Source: a virus
Length of the DNA: 64,000 nt
IMG/VR virus record: IMGVR_UViG_3300046171_000155
Direction: 5' to 3' (one strand)
Below, piece after piece: positions 50,301-60,364 of this stretch. Positions within the stretch are counted from its first letter, which is position 1, and each line of letters opens with the position of its first letter. The translations under genes were made by a program, and so were the position numbers. The notes below the pieces were generated by a model that worked only from the letters and a program-made list of their open reading frames with translations, was not told where the DNA came from and did no database searches.

Positions 50301-52389
50301 CTTGTCGCGCAAGACCTTCTGCGTCAATACGAGCACCCAAATCGGAATCTATCTGTGTCAATGAAGCGTCTAGTTGTGTAACATCAGACGACAGTATTGA
50401 AAGTGAGTCGCTGTCTTGGTTGATGCGGGTGATTAGTTCTTGACGTGCATCTGCCTCGGCATCGATACGAACACCTAGATCTGAATCAATGCTTGACAGC
50501 GAAGCATCTAGTTCTGTGATGCGTTGCGATTGTATTGTGATGTCGCTATCTGTCAGATCAATCCTAGAAGAAAGTTCGTCACGAGCATTCGCGGCAGCAT
50601 CCAGTTGCGACTGCAAATCCGAATCAAGAATTTGTAAGTCAACGCCTAGATCCGTTACAGACTGAGACAGGATGGATAATGAATCGCTATCTGCGTCGAT
50701 ACGCGAAGTAAGGGAGTTGATTGCATTTGAGTTGGCAGAAATAACTGCGCCGTTGTCTAAGATATCGTTTAGTAGATTACTGTCCAATCCATCTAAGTTC
50801 GCGTTAAGAGCCGTGATACTTTGTGATAGAACTGAAACGCCACTATCAGTAAGGTCGATACGTGCTGTTAGCTCATCACGAGCATTAGCGGCCGCTGCAA
50901 ACCCTACACCCATATCAGAGTCTAAGTTGCTTAGGTCTGCGCTTAGGTCTGTGATAGATTGAGAAACGACCGATAAACCACTGTCTGTCAAATCAATACG
51001 AGCAGTAAGTTCATCACGTGCTCTTGCGCTTGCCGTAAGTGCCGAATCCATTTCAGAGTCTAAGGCGCTTAAGTCTGCACTCAGGTCCGTTATAGACTGA
51101 GAAAGAACAGATAAACCACTGTCTGTCAAATCAATACGAGCAGTAAGTTCGTTCCGCGCTCTTGATGAAGCATCGAAACCGGAATCCATATCAGAATCTA
51201 GAGCGCTTAGATCTGCGCTTAGGTCTGTAATTGATTGAGAAAGCACTGACAGACCGCTATCGGTGAGATCGATACGAGCAGTAAGTTCGTTCCGCGCTCT
51301 TGATGCAGCATCAAGACCTGAGTCCATATCAGAATCTAGGGCACTTAAGTTCGCTTCAAGGTCGATAACAGACTGAGATAAAACTGTTAGGTCGCTCTCA
51401 GTTAAAGTAACTCGAGCAGTAAGTGATTGTATCGCCGTTGAGTTAGCTGCGATGATCGCACCGTTGTCTAAGATAGACTGAAGTAAGTCGCTATCAAACG
51501 TCTCTAGTGCAGCATTGAGTGTTGTTATAGATGAAGAAACTACACTCAAACGATCACTATCTAAATCAATACGAGAAGACAATGATTCACGTGCCGTAGC
51601 AGCCGCAGACAATTTTTCATTCAGGTCTGAATCTAGTATGTTTAGTTCAGCAGAAAGACTTGTAATAGATTGCGACCATATTGAGAAAGTATCTGAATCT
51701 ACATATCCAGCAGTTTGAATAACAGAGATGGCCTGTGCCAAGGCATTAATGTCAGAATCTATGTAAGTCAGTGATGCAGAATCAAGTAGATTTAGAGATT
51801 GTATGAAATCAGAATCAATAAATCCAAGAGCACGTATAGACGCAGAGTCGATTAAATCTAAACCTCGGATCGCGTCTGAATCTAGGAAACCTAATGCACG
51901 AATATCGTCTGAGTCGAAAAGGGTTAGATTATTTAATGCGTCAGAGTCTAAGAATCCTAATGCACGAATATCGTCTGAGTCGAAAAGGGTTAGATTATTT
52001 AATGCGTCAGAGTCTAAGAATCCTAATGCACGAATATCGTCTGAGTCAAGAATACTCAAATTGTTGATCGCGTCTGAATCTAGGAATCCAAGATTGCGAA
52101 TAAAGTCTGAATCGATTCCACCAACAACACCATCTATTAAACTATTCACATACGCAGAGTCTACAGTACCACCACCGCCAGAACCATCTAAGATACTCTT
52201 AATAAAATCTGAGTCTAGTAGCTGCAATAGAAAATCAGAATCGATACCGCCGGAATCACCAATAGCAATCTCTTCAATTAGCTCATAAACCTCTGTGAAG
52301 TTCTCATTGATTTTCTCACCAGCACTTCGTAAAGTGTCTCCAGTGCCATCGTTAGCACCTACGCCGAGATTTAGTTTTTGCTGAGACAT
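47392..52389 (-). CDS. Fibre with a gp9/gp10-type N-terminal anchor, DSD-rich coiled coil and DUF1983-like C-terminal tip (1665 aa)
   Basis: N-terminus NLGVGANDGTGDTLRSAGEKINENF; C-terminus G..FTGF...F.I.A..F.V...PF.V...RVILGQL. Confidence 0.7.
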   Translation of the reverse strand: MSQQKLNLGVGANDGTGDTLRSAGEKINENFTEVYELIEEIAIGDSGGIDSDFLLQLLDSDFIKSILDGSGGGGTVDSAYVNSLIDGVVGGIDSDFIRNLGFLDSDAINNLSILDSDDIRALGFLDSDALNNLTLFDSDDIRALGFLDSDALNNLTLFDSDDIRALGFLDSDAIRGLDLIDSASIRALGFIDSDFIQSLNLLDSASLTYIDSDINALAQAISVIQTAGYVDSDTFSIWSQSITSLSAELNILDSDLNEKLSAAATARESLSSRIDLDSDRLSVVSSSITTLNAALETFDSDLLQSILDNGAIIAANSTAIQSLTARVTLTESDLTVLSQSVIDLEANLSALDSDMDSGLDAASRARNELTARIDLTDSGLSVLSQSITDLSADLSALDSDMDSGFDASSRARNELTARIDLTDSGLSVLSQSITDLSADLSALDSEMDSALTASARARDELTARIDLTDSGLSVVSQSITDLSADLSNLDSDMGVGFAAAANARDELTARIDLTDSGVSVLSQSITALNANLDGLDSNLLNDILDNGAVISANSNAINSLTSRIDADSDSLSILSQSVTDLGVDLQILDSDLQSQLDAAANARDELSSRIDLTDSDITIQSQRITELDASLSSIDSDLGVRIDAEADARQELITRINQDSDSLSILSSDVTQLDASLTQIDSDLGARIDAEGLARQELSTRIDQDSASLSIVSQDVTNLGATLNQIDSDLGVRIDAEATARQALETRVTQDSASLVIVSQDVTNLGASLNQIDSDLGVRIDAEATARQALETRVTQDSAALSIVSQDVTNLGATLNQIDSDLGARIDAEGTARQELSSRIDQDSDSLTIVSQDVTNLGATLNQIDSDLGARIDAESTARSELVSRIDQDSETLSVLSADVTELRVDLNSINDSDLRADIAANGLAMDSMATLIIQTDSDLQVISSRIQELDAALQEGIDSDLVRAILSNTTNELYALVGQNSDELFALAGDVTTLTQSLESKADSGAVISAISTVEDALRSEIRSDSDITSIVDSKITTFDQSLDRVDSDGLVAATNAVKDELRGEMLDSAGSLSITNDRLTGFRTEIGLGEGSDITTLLNDVEDGIRSDIKSDSDILSITNSRLTTFKTELGFGDDSVGKLLNDVEDGIRADIKSDSDILGITNSRLTTFKTELGFGDDSVGKLLNDVEDGIRSDIKSDSDILSITNERLTTFRAEIGIGTDSVGKLIVDAEDRLTQDINSVDSDLSITQGKVTALEVDLAEGGGTFSAIDALDQAITDDSTGLSALQSKITELTADVDSDRGYNAAARSGLSQNISDTESDLSIVQGHVVSLTARLDSGGTTFTAIDALDQAITDDSTGLSALQSKITQLNVNLESGTTFTAIDALDQAITDDSTGLSALQSKITQLNVNLESGSTFSAIDGLQSQITDDSTGLNALQSKITQLQGNLDSDIGAEASARSALELTIKKDSDILSIVNSAIDSFETTLLFDSAGTANSLVNSAKSELRLEIIDSAGIYSISTSAIDSFETALLDSTGAIGSIATAQAGLVQRVNGNSDELQTISQKYFVALDDGNTFTGFEVINGDSVSSFTIKANDFKVVNGTNSSISPFSVNTTTNKVELSNAQVTGSLDIGIENAPGMRITNTAITIHDGTRTRVILGQLS

Positions 52390-52420
52390 GAATAATCTAC
52401 CCGTTAAAGTTTTATTGTTC

Positions 52421-52428
52421 TATTTATA
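52421..52428 (-). promoter_or_regulatory. Late promoter TATAAATA overlapping the upstream stop codon
   Basis: Exact consensus about 30 nt upstream of ATG 52389. Confidence 0.7.
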
Positions 52429-53998
52429 CGCTATCGGCTAATGTGTAATCGAACCTGAATGAATTTTCTGAAGGAAGCATTGAAGGCGCTTCTCCATTGA
52501 CACTGAAAGTGATAATCGCATATCCCGAATAGTCCTGATTCAAAGCAGGGTCTGTTTCTGTGAACTTCAAATGACCTGCAGCGACTTCTGACTGAGAAAC
52601 GTGGTTCCATCCAGACATATAAGAAGGTCTCACGCCGCTCCCAGCGAGCGTCACTCCAGGAACTAATGCGTTCTCGTTGTCACCCTCTAATATAAATCTA
52701 CCATCTCCATTTGTCTGAGTAAGGCTAAATGGAGATCCATTTATTTCACTTGCATGGCAAGCGATTGAATATGTGACGCCGTAAGGCATAGGCCCAGATA
52801 ACCAATTACCATAATAGTCTACCCTTTCTGTTGTTGACGCAAAGGTCCAAACTCTCCAAGTTCCGTCTGGATAAAAATTCCAATAAACTCCAGCAAATTT
52901 ACCTAAATTATTAGGCGGTCCACTCACTAAAGATATATCTGGGATAGGGTTTTGACCAACAACACTCACTGGAGTTACCGCAGATGAAATGTCGAATTCA
53001 GGGTCCATGTGCTTAGTTGTAGAATTGTTGGCACTAGGATATTGCCCAGCATCACCCGCTAATCTAAAAGCTCTTTTGTGTTCGTTGAAAATAGTGACAC
53101 TACCACTGATACCTTCTCTAATAGTTACATCGTCTGATACAATCAAATCAACATTGTCGCTGCCATCGGTGTACCCTTCAGAGATTAGTTCTACAGTAGT
53201 CGATGGTGATGTTTCCCAAGAGTTGGTTGAAGTGTTGTATTCAAAGACAATCTTTTGATCAACGATTTGCATAGTAACTCTATCGGTCTCTGTAGATGAT
53301 GTGTGATACAAACCATCAGATAAACCAAACCCGCCCGAAGGAAGAGGGATAATTATCGTATTGTTGAGATCTCTGTATGAGAATACATTACCGTCACCAT
53401 ACGCCGAAGTCGGCAGAGACAACATTTCTTGAATGTCTACAATATGAAGTTCGCTTTGACTTCCATCTCTTGTGTCCCGTTTAGTAGCTAACTTTTCAAC
53501 TCCGTTTTCGGAAATCAATTTTAGTCCACCAAGGGTCCAAGCGCTAGATGCAGATGCGCCGCCATCTGGGTTATAGATTGCTACTTTAGGATAAGTATAC
53601 TCCTTACCGTCAATAGTATACTGATATTGTGCAAGTTCGTTCAAATCATAAACGAATATTCCACCATTCAGTAGTCCATTCGAATACGTTCTAAACTGAG
53701 CGTAATCTACTATTAAGTATCGGTCATCATAGACCACCATATTCGAAGGCGCAGTTGATCCAACATAATAAGTTACGCCTGAATTAGTAGTACCTCCTCT
53801 AGGATAGATCCTCGTGATTTTATTCAAAGACCCACCTACCGGAGCATCTTCATATACATCTATCGATAAGTTATTCATTTCCGACACAAGATTGGACGAA
53901 TTATTCGTATATCCGACATTATATGTTACCAGCAACTTATCGGCCGCATGTATAACTTTATCGCCGAACTTAGCGTTGTAGTCGTATAAGTATGCCAT
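52424..53998 (-). CDS. Hypothetical beta-rich structural protein (possible FG-GAP-like propeller fragments)
   Basis: KFGDKVI..DKLLV and GGIFVYDL motifs; 524-aa ORF among virion genes. Confidence 0.45.
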   Translation of the reverse strand: MAYLYDYNAKFGDKVIHAADKLLVTYNVGYTNNSSNLVSEMNNLSIDVYEDAPVGGSLNKITRIYPRGGTTNSGVTYYVGSTAPSNMVVYDDRYLIVDYAQFRTYSNGLLNGGIFVYDLNELAQYQYTIDGKEYTYPKVAIYNPDGGASASSAWTLGGLKLISENGVEKLATKRDTRDGSQSELHIVDIQEMLSLPTSAYGDGNVFSYRDLNNTIIIPLPSGGFGLSDGLYHTSSTETDRVTMQIVDQKIVFEYNTSTNSWETSPSTTVELISEGYTDGSDNVDLIVSDDVTIREGISGSVTIFNEHKRAFRLAGDAGQYPSANNSTTKHMDPEFDISSAVTPVSVVGQNPIPDISLVSGPPNNLGKFAGVYWNFYPDGTWRVWTFASTTERVDYYGNWLSGPMPYGVTYSIACHASEINGSPFSLTQTNGDGRFILEGDNENALVPGVTLAGSGVRPSYMSGWNHVSQSEVAAGHLKFTETDPALNQDYSGYAIITFSVNGEAPSMLPSENSFRFDYTLADSV

Positions 53999-53999
53999 T

Positions 54000-54971
54000 T
54001 TATTGCGCCTCTCTTATTACGCCATAGTATTTGGGGTCATTTCCATAAGTGTTTTGTAATGCGCCACGAGTATAAGTTCTTCCATCACTGCCTGTAACAC
54101 TTGTAGGAATATCGTCAAATGAAGGGTAGAAAATTTGATACTTAGATTGATTGTTCCAAACGATGATCACGCTGATCTCTGTTGTACCGTCATCCGGATC
54201 ATCATACTCTGACCACTCATATCTCGGTTCATCTTCACTCCAATGATCAACGCCATCAGGCAAATCTGGTTCTGGTTCTGGTTCTGGTTCTGGCACATGA
54301 GGTGGGTGCGTGTATTCAGATGTTACCCGAATAGGTGGAGAAGATAGATCAGAAAGCGCATATATGTATATCGCACCGACCTTTCCGTCTAGATGCTCAT
54401 CCGGCGCAGTGATGTATAGTCTATTGCCGCTTATGGTTACATCGTGACCGAAAGAATCTTCTCCTGAAGAAGTAGGCTCTGCGTAGTCTTGGTCCCAATC
54501 ATGATCGCGATTGATTCCTAGACCTGAGAGTGTTGTCCACTTAGGAGAGATCAAAGAGTACGAAGGTTTGTATATTGCGTGATCGTATAGAGTGCCTTCG
54601 TCACCTGCCTGAATATCAGACTCTTTATAAATGTCTACAACAGAAACCGTCGTCCATGGAATTGTTGTTGTCATTGACCCTTTTCTCTTGACGATAATAA
54701 AATTGTCGTCTACTGGTTCCGGTTCTGGTTGAGGTTCTGGTTCTGGTTCTGGTTGAGGTTCTGGTTCCGGTTCTGGCTCAGGTTCTGGTTCTGGCTCTGG
54801 TTGTGGTTCAGGTTCGGGTTCTGGTCCTGGTGGATCTACAATAATGCCACCATCGAGATCTTTGATGAAATACAATGTGTTTTCATCTTTCGATGTTATC
54901 GCATCATACTCAGACTGTGTACCAACCCATACGTTGATTGCCTCACCTGAGTTTTGATCTATAATACTCAT
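54000..54971 (-). CDS. Decorating protein: short fibre-anchor motif, Pro-Glu stalks, FG-GAP-like repeat and tip domain
   Basis: [23 protein letters not shown]; two (PE)n runs; [17 protein letters not shown]...GAIYIY. Confidence 0.6.
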   Translation of the reverse strand: MSIIDQNSGEAINVWVGTQSEYDAITSKDENTLYFIKDLDGGIIVDPPGPEPEPEPQPEPEPEPEPEPEPEPQPEPEPEPQPEPEPVDDNFIIVKRKGSMTTTIPWTTVSVVDIYKESDIQAGDEGTLYDHAIYKPSYSLISPKWTTLSGLGINRDHDWDQDYAEPTSSGEDSFGHDVTISGNRLYITAPDEHLDGKVGAIYIYALSDLSSPPIRVTSEYTHPPHVPEPEPEPEPDLPDGVDHWSEDEPRYEWSEYDDPDDGTTEISVIIVWNNQSKYQIFYPSFDDIPTSVTGSDGRTYTRGALQNTYGNDPKYYGVIREAQ

Positions 54972-54972
54972 G

Positions 54973-56097
54973 TTAGTTTCCTACGATTATTTGATCGTTA
55001 CTATATTCTATAAACGTTATGTTTTCTTCGCCTAGTTTTATTGTTTCAATTCTTGTGGTGCCGAAGAATACATTGAACCCTAGTTCTTGGTCTTGTTTGT
55101 CTACAGGGTCTACAGGGTCCGGCACTGGATCTGGCTGAACTCTTCCAACTCTCGATCTGTCAATAAGACTTACATCGATTGTAGTTTCTGCAAAGTCAGC
55201 ATCTTTACAATCAAACACATCTGATAGGTATATATCGTCTTGTCCTACCAAGCAGGATCCTGGCGCTTGTGCTGCAGCAAGGGTGCCATACAAGTCATTC
55301 ATTCTTTGCAGCGTCATACCCTCAAACAACCGCAGCGTTACTTCTGAACTTAGAATGAAAGGCTCGTCCGCTGGATCAGTCTCTCGCATCGTCATCAAGT
55401 CATACTGCGGTGTAGTTGAGGCATGTGCCTCTGTCTCAAGGAACAGGTACGGAGTCTCTAATGGATCTGTACCTTCACCTACAGTATCAAACTTCCCGAC
55501 ACCCTTTGTCGCAACATCCGCAGCAAGATAGAATCCTGCAGGGTGTACGAACTTCTTATAGAGAGAGTCGTAGTCGGCAGAAGACAAACCTGTTTTCAAA
55601 AGAATTGAAAAGATTTGATATCTGCGGTTGTCTGTGATAAACTTGACAGACTCAGGTCCGATCAACGAATTTCCTGGTTTGTCGTTTAAGTAGAAGATGT
55701 TCTCTTTCGGATAAAAGACTTCAACATCTTCATTAAAGAACATCTTGAAAAATTGTTCAGCAGAATTCTGTGTACCCTTAGTACGATAGAAATTTGCTAA
55801 AAGTCTTGCAGAGAGTCTCGCACGTTCTTCGCGAATCTCTTCTGGGAATATTGTATGATCGACACCATTGCCGATCTCTCTTAGTAAATAGTCTAATGCG
55901 TCTAGTTCTGTTGTAGTGATGTCACGAAGGTCAAACAACTCTTTGATCTTTGCTTCATACGAAATAGAATCGTCTTCTTTCGTATACGCGTAGTACCTCT
56001 CTAGAAACTTGACTAGTAAAGGATACTCAGAATCAAAAAAGTCAGGCAGTAATTCTGATACCTGACTATTATGTAGTTTGACATTCGCTCGTTGCAT
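54973..56097 (-). CDS. Baseplate wedge initiator, gp7-like
   Basis: [25 protein letters not shown]...FFKMFF, VHPAG; follows gene 6. Confidence 0.7.
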   Translation of the reverse strand: MQRANVKLHNSQVSELLPDFFDSEYPLLVKFLERYYAYTKEDDSISYEAKIKELFDLRDITTTELDALDYLLREIGNGVDHTIFPEEIREERARLSARLLANFYRTKGTQNSAEQFFKMFFNEDVEVFYPKENIFYLNDKPGNSLIGPESVKFITDNRRYQIFSILLKTGLSSADYDSLYKKFVHPAGFYLAADVATKGVGKFDTVGEGTDPLETPYLFLETEAHASTTPQYDLMTMRETDPADEPFILSSEVTLRLFEGMTLQRMNDLYGTLAAAQAPGSCLVGQDDIYLSDVFDCKDADFAETTIDVSLIDRSRVGRVQPDPVPDPVDPVDKQDQELGFNVFFGTTRIETIKLGEENITFIEYSNDQIIVGN

Positions 56098-57932
56098 TAC
56101 AATAGGACCTTAGTTCCGTCTCGCTCTACATTGACATTTACGATGGAATCATCGTCCAGTTCAAACAAGTAGTTTCTCAGAGGCATAATCGTACTCTGAT
56201 TCGCAGGAGTCGCATTTACTTTGATAATGTCGTTTGTTTCTCTCTCCATGCGCCATGATCTGAAGTTGACTGTACCATCTGCAGGTTGATAGTCACCTAC
56301 ATTAGACACCAATACATTGCCACTCGTGTCCATAACTTGTAGGGTAATCGAACCCAGTTTGTTTTTAATTACTGCGTTTTGGTTGTAATATCTGAAAGGA
56401 GATGTTACAATAACATGATCGTCATTATCAGGTGTCGCGAGCAAGAACGGGAAGTTGACTGTAATGTCTTGTTCAATGAAGTCTGGTGGTGTCGTACCCT
56501 TCGTTTGATGGTATGCATCAACTTCATCGAAGAACGGTCGTATGTTTATCTGACGTAGTGCACTGACGGTCATCTTAGAGTTCAGTATCGCTGGGCTTGA
56601 ATCGTCAATAAGACTCAATAGGTTTGATCGACGAAAGATAGATCCAAACTCATCCATCTCATTCAAGAAGTAGTTAGAGATTAGTTCTTTAATTTGTTGT
56701 CGGTACGATTCAGAATTTGTCGTTGAAAGTGTAGAATCTATATTGAAGGATGTCATCAACTTAAGGTAGACGATCTCTGGATCTACGAATTCAGTCTCGA
56801 TAGACATAATGGATCGGAAGTCTGTGAGGTTCTCACGGATCAAAGTCTTAACTTCTTCTTTTACTGAATCCGAATATCCAGGTTGGAAATTAAGCGCAAC
56901 GAAGACCGACCCAAACTTAGGCGGTACGTTATCGTTGCCACCCCAAGAGATCACATCTCTAACATACTGACCATAGTTACTTTCGATCATGGCAGTGTAG
57001 TCGTCCGCAGTAACCAATCGTTGCTGCGCCGCAAACGCACGTGGTGCGTTGATCTTAATTTGATCGATAGATTCTTTTTCTGACCCTCCAGCAGAAGGCA
57101 TTACTGTTGAGATTGTTACGTCTTGCCCACCGAACAGGTTGGTTCTGAATACTGCCGCGCCGTTAGCGTCCGTTTTTGAAGTAGAAATGTAACTGACCTC
57201 AATCACATTACCTGTCTGAGGTCTATTTCCCAATAGTTCTCCGTCACCGAAGTACATCTCATAATCACCGTTAGGTGACTCGCGTAACATGTACACACGT
57301 GAATCATTAGTGATTGCGGCGACATCCAAAATGTTTTTATAACGTACATACACATCAGCGTTCGAGTTTTCGAATACACTAACGATCATGGTTGATGTAT
57401 CGATGTCCTCATCAGGAATAACAAAAACAGTGTCGACGGTATCATCTGCGAAGAAAGTTTTTGTACGCTCTTCACCTTCATACACCTTAATGTCCGAGAA
57501 TACGAACTCATCGTTCTCGTTTCTTAATGCAGTATAATTCTGATTAGTATAGAATAAAAACGCAGTTTCGTCAATAGCAGTGACGAAAGGAGTTCGGGCA
57601 GGAATCGTCTCTTGTTCTGTAATCCCGCCTGGGTCTGAAATTGTAACGTTTAACACTGCTATGGATGATGACTTAGACCTAGGAGTGTACCCTAATGCTT
57701 CAGCATGACCAACAGCAGAAGATCTTAGTTGCGATGTAGATAGAAAAGACTCGTTGATTGCCATGTTGGCGATTAATGCGTTAATGTGTGTATTGTACGC
57801 AAGAACATCTAGGATGCTAGACAATCCACTCGCATCGAAGTCATAGTCTTTGAATTCGGATGTGTTTTTAAAATAAGACTTTAACTTACTTTTAATGTTT
57901 ATGAAGTCTAGATCACTTGTATTGACTGTCAT
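56097..57932 (-). CDS. gp6: Baseplate wedge subunit gp6
   Basis: LDF..IK..L..Y, FKDYDF.ASGLS.ILDVLAYNTH, FGDG.LG, AQQRLVTADDY. Confidence 0.93.
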   Translation of the reverse strand: MTVNTSDLDFINIKSKLKSYFKNTSEFKDYDFDASGLSSILDVLAYNTHINALIANMAINESFLSTSQLRSSAVGHAEALGYTPRSKSSSIAVLNVTISDPGGITEQETIPARTPFVTAIDETAFLFYTNQNYTALRNENDEFVFSDIKVYEGEERTKTFFADDTVDTVFVIPDEDIDTSTMIVSVFENSNADVYVRYKNILDVAAITNDSRVYMLRESPNGDYEMYFGDGELLGNRPQTGNVIEVSYISTSKTDANGAAVFRTNLFGGQDVTISTVMPSAGGSEKESIDQIKINAPRAFAAQQRLVTADDYTAMIESNYGQYVRDVISWGGNDNVPPKFGSVFVALNFQPGYSDSVKEEVKTLIRENLTDFRSIMSIETEFVDPEIVYLKLMTSFNIDSTLSTTNSESYRQQIKELISNYFLNEMDEFGSIFRRSNLLSLIDDSSPAILNSKMTVSALRQINIRPFFDEVDAYHQTKGTTPPDFIEQDITVNFPFLLATPDNDDHVIVTSPFRYYNQNAVIKNKLGSITLQVMDTSGNVLVSNVGDYQPADGTVNFRSWRMERETNDIIKVNATPANQSTIMPLRNYLFELDDDSIVNVNVERDGTKVLL

Positions 57933-58376
57933 TTATCTCGCCCTTGATATTGCAAGTTCCATCGTTACAACTTTAGGTGTATTGATCACCTGAAAGACAA
58001 TAGTAAGAGAAACTGAATTGTAATCACCTTGAATGTTTGCAGTCACACGTCGGAGTACTGCACGAGGTTCAAATAGTTCTATCTGAGTTCTCACGGCTTC
58101 TTCAATATCGTATGTTTCAATCTCTGTGTCTAATTGAAACAAGAACGACTCTAAATTACCGCCATATACAGGTTTAAATGGAACCGAACCGCGATTGGTC
58201 ATCAATAGGTTCTTGATTGACTGACGAACGGCAGCTGCTTCCGTTTTCTTATGAACGTCGTTCGTATATACGTTTCGTTCAAACGAACAATCTATATCTG
58301 AGTTAGTGCGCCTTACCGATGTGGTGATTGGCGCATTACTTAGATTGCCGTCTTCAATTGAGAATTGCTTACCCAT
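57933..58376 (-). CDS. gp25: Baseplate wedge subunit gp25
   Basis: AVRQSIKNLLMTNRG.VPF.P.YG..L...LF, FEPR. Confidence 0.9.
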   Translation of the reverse strand: MGKQFSIEDGNLSNAPITTSVRRTNSDIDCSFERNVYTNDVHKKTEAAAVRQSIKNLLMTNRGSVPFKPVYGGNLESFLFQLDTEIETYDIEEAVRTQIELFEPRAVLRRVTANIQGDYNSVSLTIVFQVINTPKVVTMELAISRAR

Positions 58377-58397
58377 GTCGTGAAACTCTTTTATTTG

Positions 58398-58405
58398 TAT
58401 TTATA
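58398..58405 (-). promoter_or_regulatory. Late promoter TATAAATA upstream of gene 25
   Basis: Exact consensus overlapping the upstream stop codon. Confidence 0.7.
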
Positions 58406-59786
58406 CAGAAAGTTCTAAGGTTGGTTCAGGTAATTCAGGTAAAGTAATATCGAATGAAGTCGGCACCCCTAATAACTCAAGAACATCACAGAAAGACAAT
58501 GTTAAGAAATCAAGTAGTTTACCAAGACCTATCAGGTCCAAAAACTTTTTGATTACCTTGACCCATAAAAAGAGCAACTCTTTCATAACGATCGTTTTCC
58601 ACTCTTTCGCTGCGGCGACCAACTTGTCAATCTCTTGTTCGATAGAGACCACTGTCTTATCAATGTCGCCGCCTAGTATCTCTTTCAGTGAGATGTCGAA
58701 CGGAGAAGGTAGTGGGACCTTTAGGTTCATGATCTCATCGACCATCTGTTGCTTGACCTTGCTTATCTCTTCTTGCGCATCAAAGTTCTCGATGTCTTCT
58801 TGTAATTGTTCTGCCTTTTGTTCCAATTCTTTCGCTTGATCTTCTATTCGTTGTATCTCACGATCCATTTTTTCTTTCGCGAGATCAACCATTGCACGAA
58901 TCCATTCTCCCATATCAAGAGATAACGGAATCGGTAGATCGGGCAACCCTAATGCGTCCCAGATCTCATCAAACAAATCAATAAGTTTTTCGAATAACTT
59001 GAACAGAGTCATGGTACACCAGTCCATGATCTCGCCCTTGATATATTTCCAAGTGAGTTTCGCCTTATACTCGTTGACGACCAGACCGAACTCACCATCA
59101 TAGTACCGCAGTTCTTCTGGCACTAGTTTGTAAATCGCGTCTAGTACTTTAGCCGCTTCGTCATTCAACATGCCTCTTGCACTGTCGTATGCGTCTTGTT
59201 CTAACTTACCGCTCTTGAAGTCTGCTTCTAGTTGTTCTAGTTTGGCAAAGTATTCGTCTGTATATCCTGATATCTGATTGATCAACTCTTCTTGATATGC
59301 TGGGTCGGTAATCTTGAGGACATCAATTGACAACCCCAATATATCGACTTCGAAAGATATAGGTATGATCTTGTTGATCAACTCCATGATCTTGACAGGG
59401 ATAAAGATATGAAACTCTTGTATCAATTCTTCGATGGCATCTTCTGCCTCTTTCTCCCAGTCCCTTATACGACCTTTCTTCCAGTATGGGGAGAGTAGAT
59501 CTGCGATACCTTCCATGATATCTTCGAGTTCTTCGATCTTGCTTTCGATCTCTTCTATTACTTGTAGTTCTGCTTTACCTATCTCTTCGTCTATGCCTTT
59601 CTCGATCTCTTCAAGTGACAGACCTTTCAGTTTTTTCTCGGCGTCATTGACCTTTGATTCTATCTGAGTCTTATATTGTTCTACTTGCCGTTGTAGATCT
59701 GTAGGGATCTCCGCAATCTGATTGAATAGATTGACAAAGTCTGCCTTTGAAGGCAAAGTAGAGTCGCTGCAAGGAAGTTCTATCAT
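58401..59786 (-). CDS. Hypothetical acidic alpha-helical protein between genes 5 and 25
   Basis: 461-aa ORF, translationally coupled to gene 5. Confidence 0.55.
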   Translation of the reverse strand: MIELPCSDSTLPSKADFVNLFNQIAEIPTDLQRQVEQYKTQIESKVNDAEKKLKGLSLEEIEKGIDEEIGKAELQVIEEIESKIEELEDIMEGIADLLSPYWKKGRIRDWEKEAEDAIEELIQEFHIFIPVKIMELINKIIPISFEVDILGLSIDVLKITDPAYQEELINQISGYTDEYFAKLEQLEADFKSGKLEQDAYDSARGMLNDEAAKVLDAIYKLVPEELRYYDGEFGLVVNEYKAKLTWKYIKGEIMDWCTMTLFKLFEKLIDLFDEIWDALGLPDLPIPLSLDMGEWIRAMVDLAKEKMDREIQRIEDQAKELEQKAEQLQEDIENFDAQEEISKVKQQMVDEIMNLKVPLPSPFDISLKEILGGDIDKTVVSIEQEIDKLVAAAKEWKTIVMKELLFLWVKVIKKFLDLIGLGKLLDFLTLSFCDVLELLGVPTSFDITLPELPEPTLELSV

Positions 59787-60364
59787 GAGTTGATTCTAAT
59801 TGATTTACCGTTGATCTTGACTTCACCATCACCAGAGGCAGTGATGTTGACATTGCCGTCTTCATCCATGATAATACTTGCACCAGAGTTATGTTTGATA
59901 GTAAATTTGTCGTTGGTTATCTCCCAGTGAGTTCCACTAGTATGATACTCTTTGATGCGTTCTTTCTCTGGCGTATCATCATACTCTTTATAGTGACCAC
60001 TGATAGTGTCATACACTTTGTTGTGAGGGTAGTTTTCGTTAGACTTTACTTGAGAGTCACCTTCTTTCGGGATTGATCCAACGATCAAAGGCAACTGTGA
60101 GTTCTGTCCATCTAAGAATATACCAAACACCTGTGCGCCGACCAACAGACCCAAAGTCTGTCCATTGCCTCGGTTGACAGAGTGTGTCACTGGAACAACA
60201 ATCTGCGCCCATGGTAGATCTTCTTCTTCGATCTCATCGTACACACCGAAAATACGTACGCGTGCACGACCCAACTTCAGGGGATCGTCTGCGATGTTGA
60301 CAACCTCGCCTAAGAACCATCGAGTCTGGTCGCCATAGTAATCAATAAAACTCTTTGGTATCAT
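59783..60364 (-). CDS. gp5: Baseplate spike gp5 (OB fold plus short beta-helix; no lysozyme domain)
   Basis: WFLGEV...DPLKLGRARVRIFG...LPWA, V.GIFLDG...Q.P.I.G, YPHNKV..T.SGH..EYDDTP..ERI...H.SGT. Confidence 0.85.
   Translation of the reverse strand: MIPKSFIDYYGDQTRWFLGEVVNIADDPLKLGRARVRIFGVYDEIEEEDLPWAQIVVPVTHSVNRGNGQTLGLLVGAQVFGIFLDGQNSQLPLIVGSIPKEGDSQVKSNENYPHNKVYDTISGHYKEYDDTPEKERIKEYHTSGTHWEITNDKFTIKHNSGASIIMDEDGNVNITASGDGEVKINGKSIRINS

Noticed and set aside
27915-54245. Diversity-generating retroelement acting on the tip domains
   Set aside because: No reverse transcriptase and no template/variable repeat pair differing only at adenines was seen in this window.
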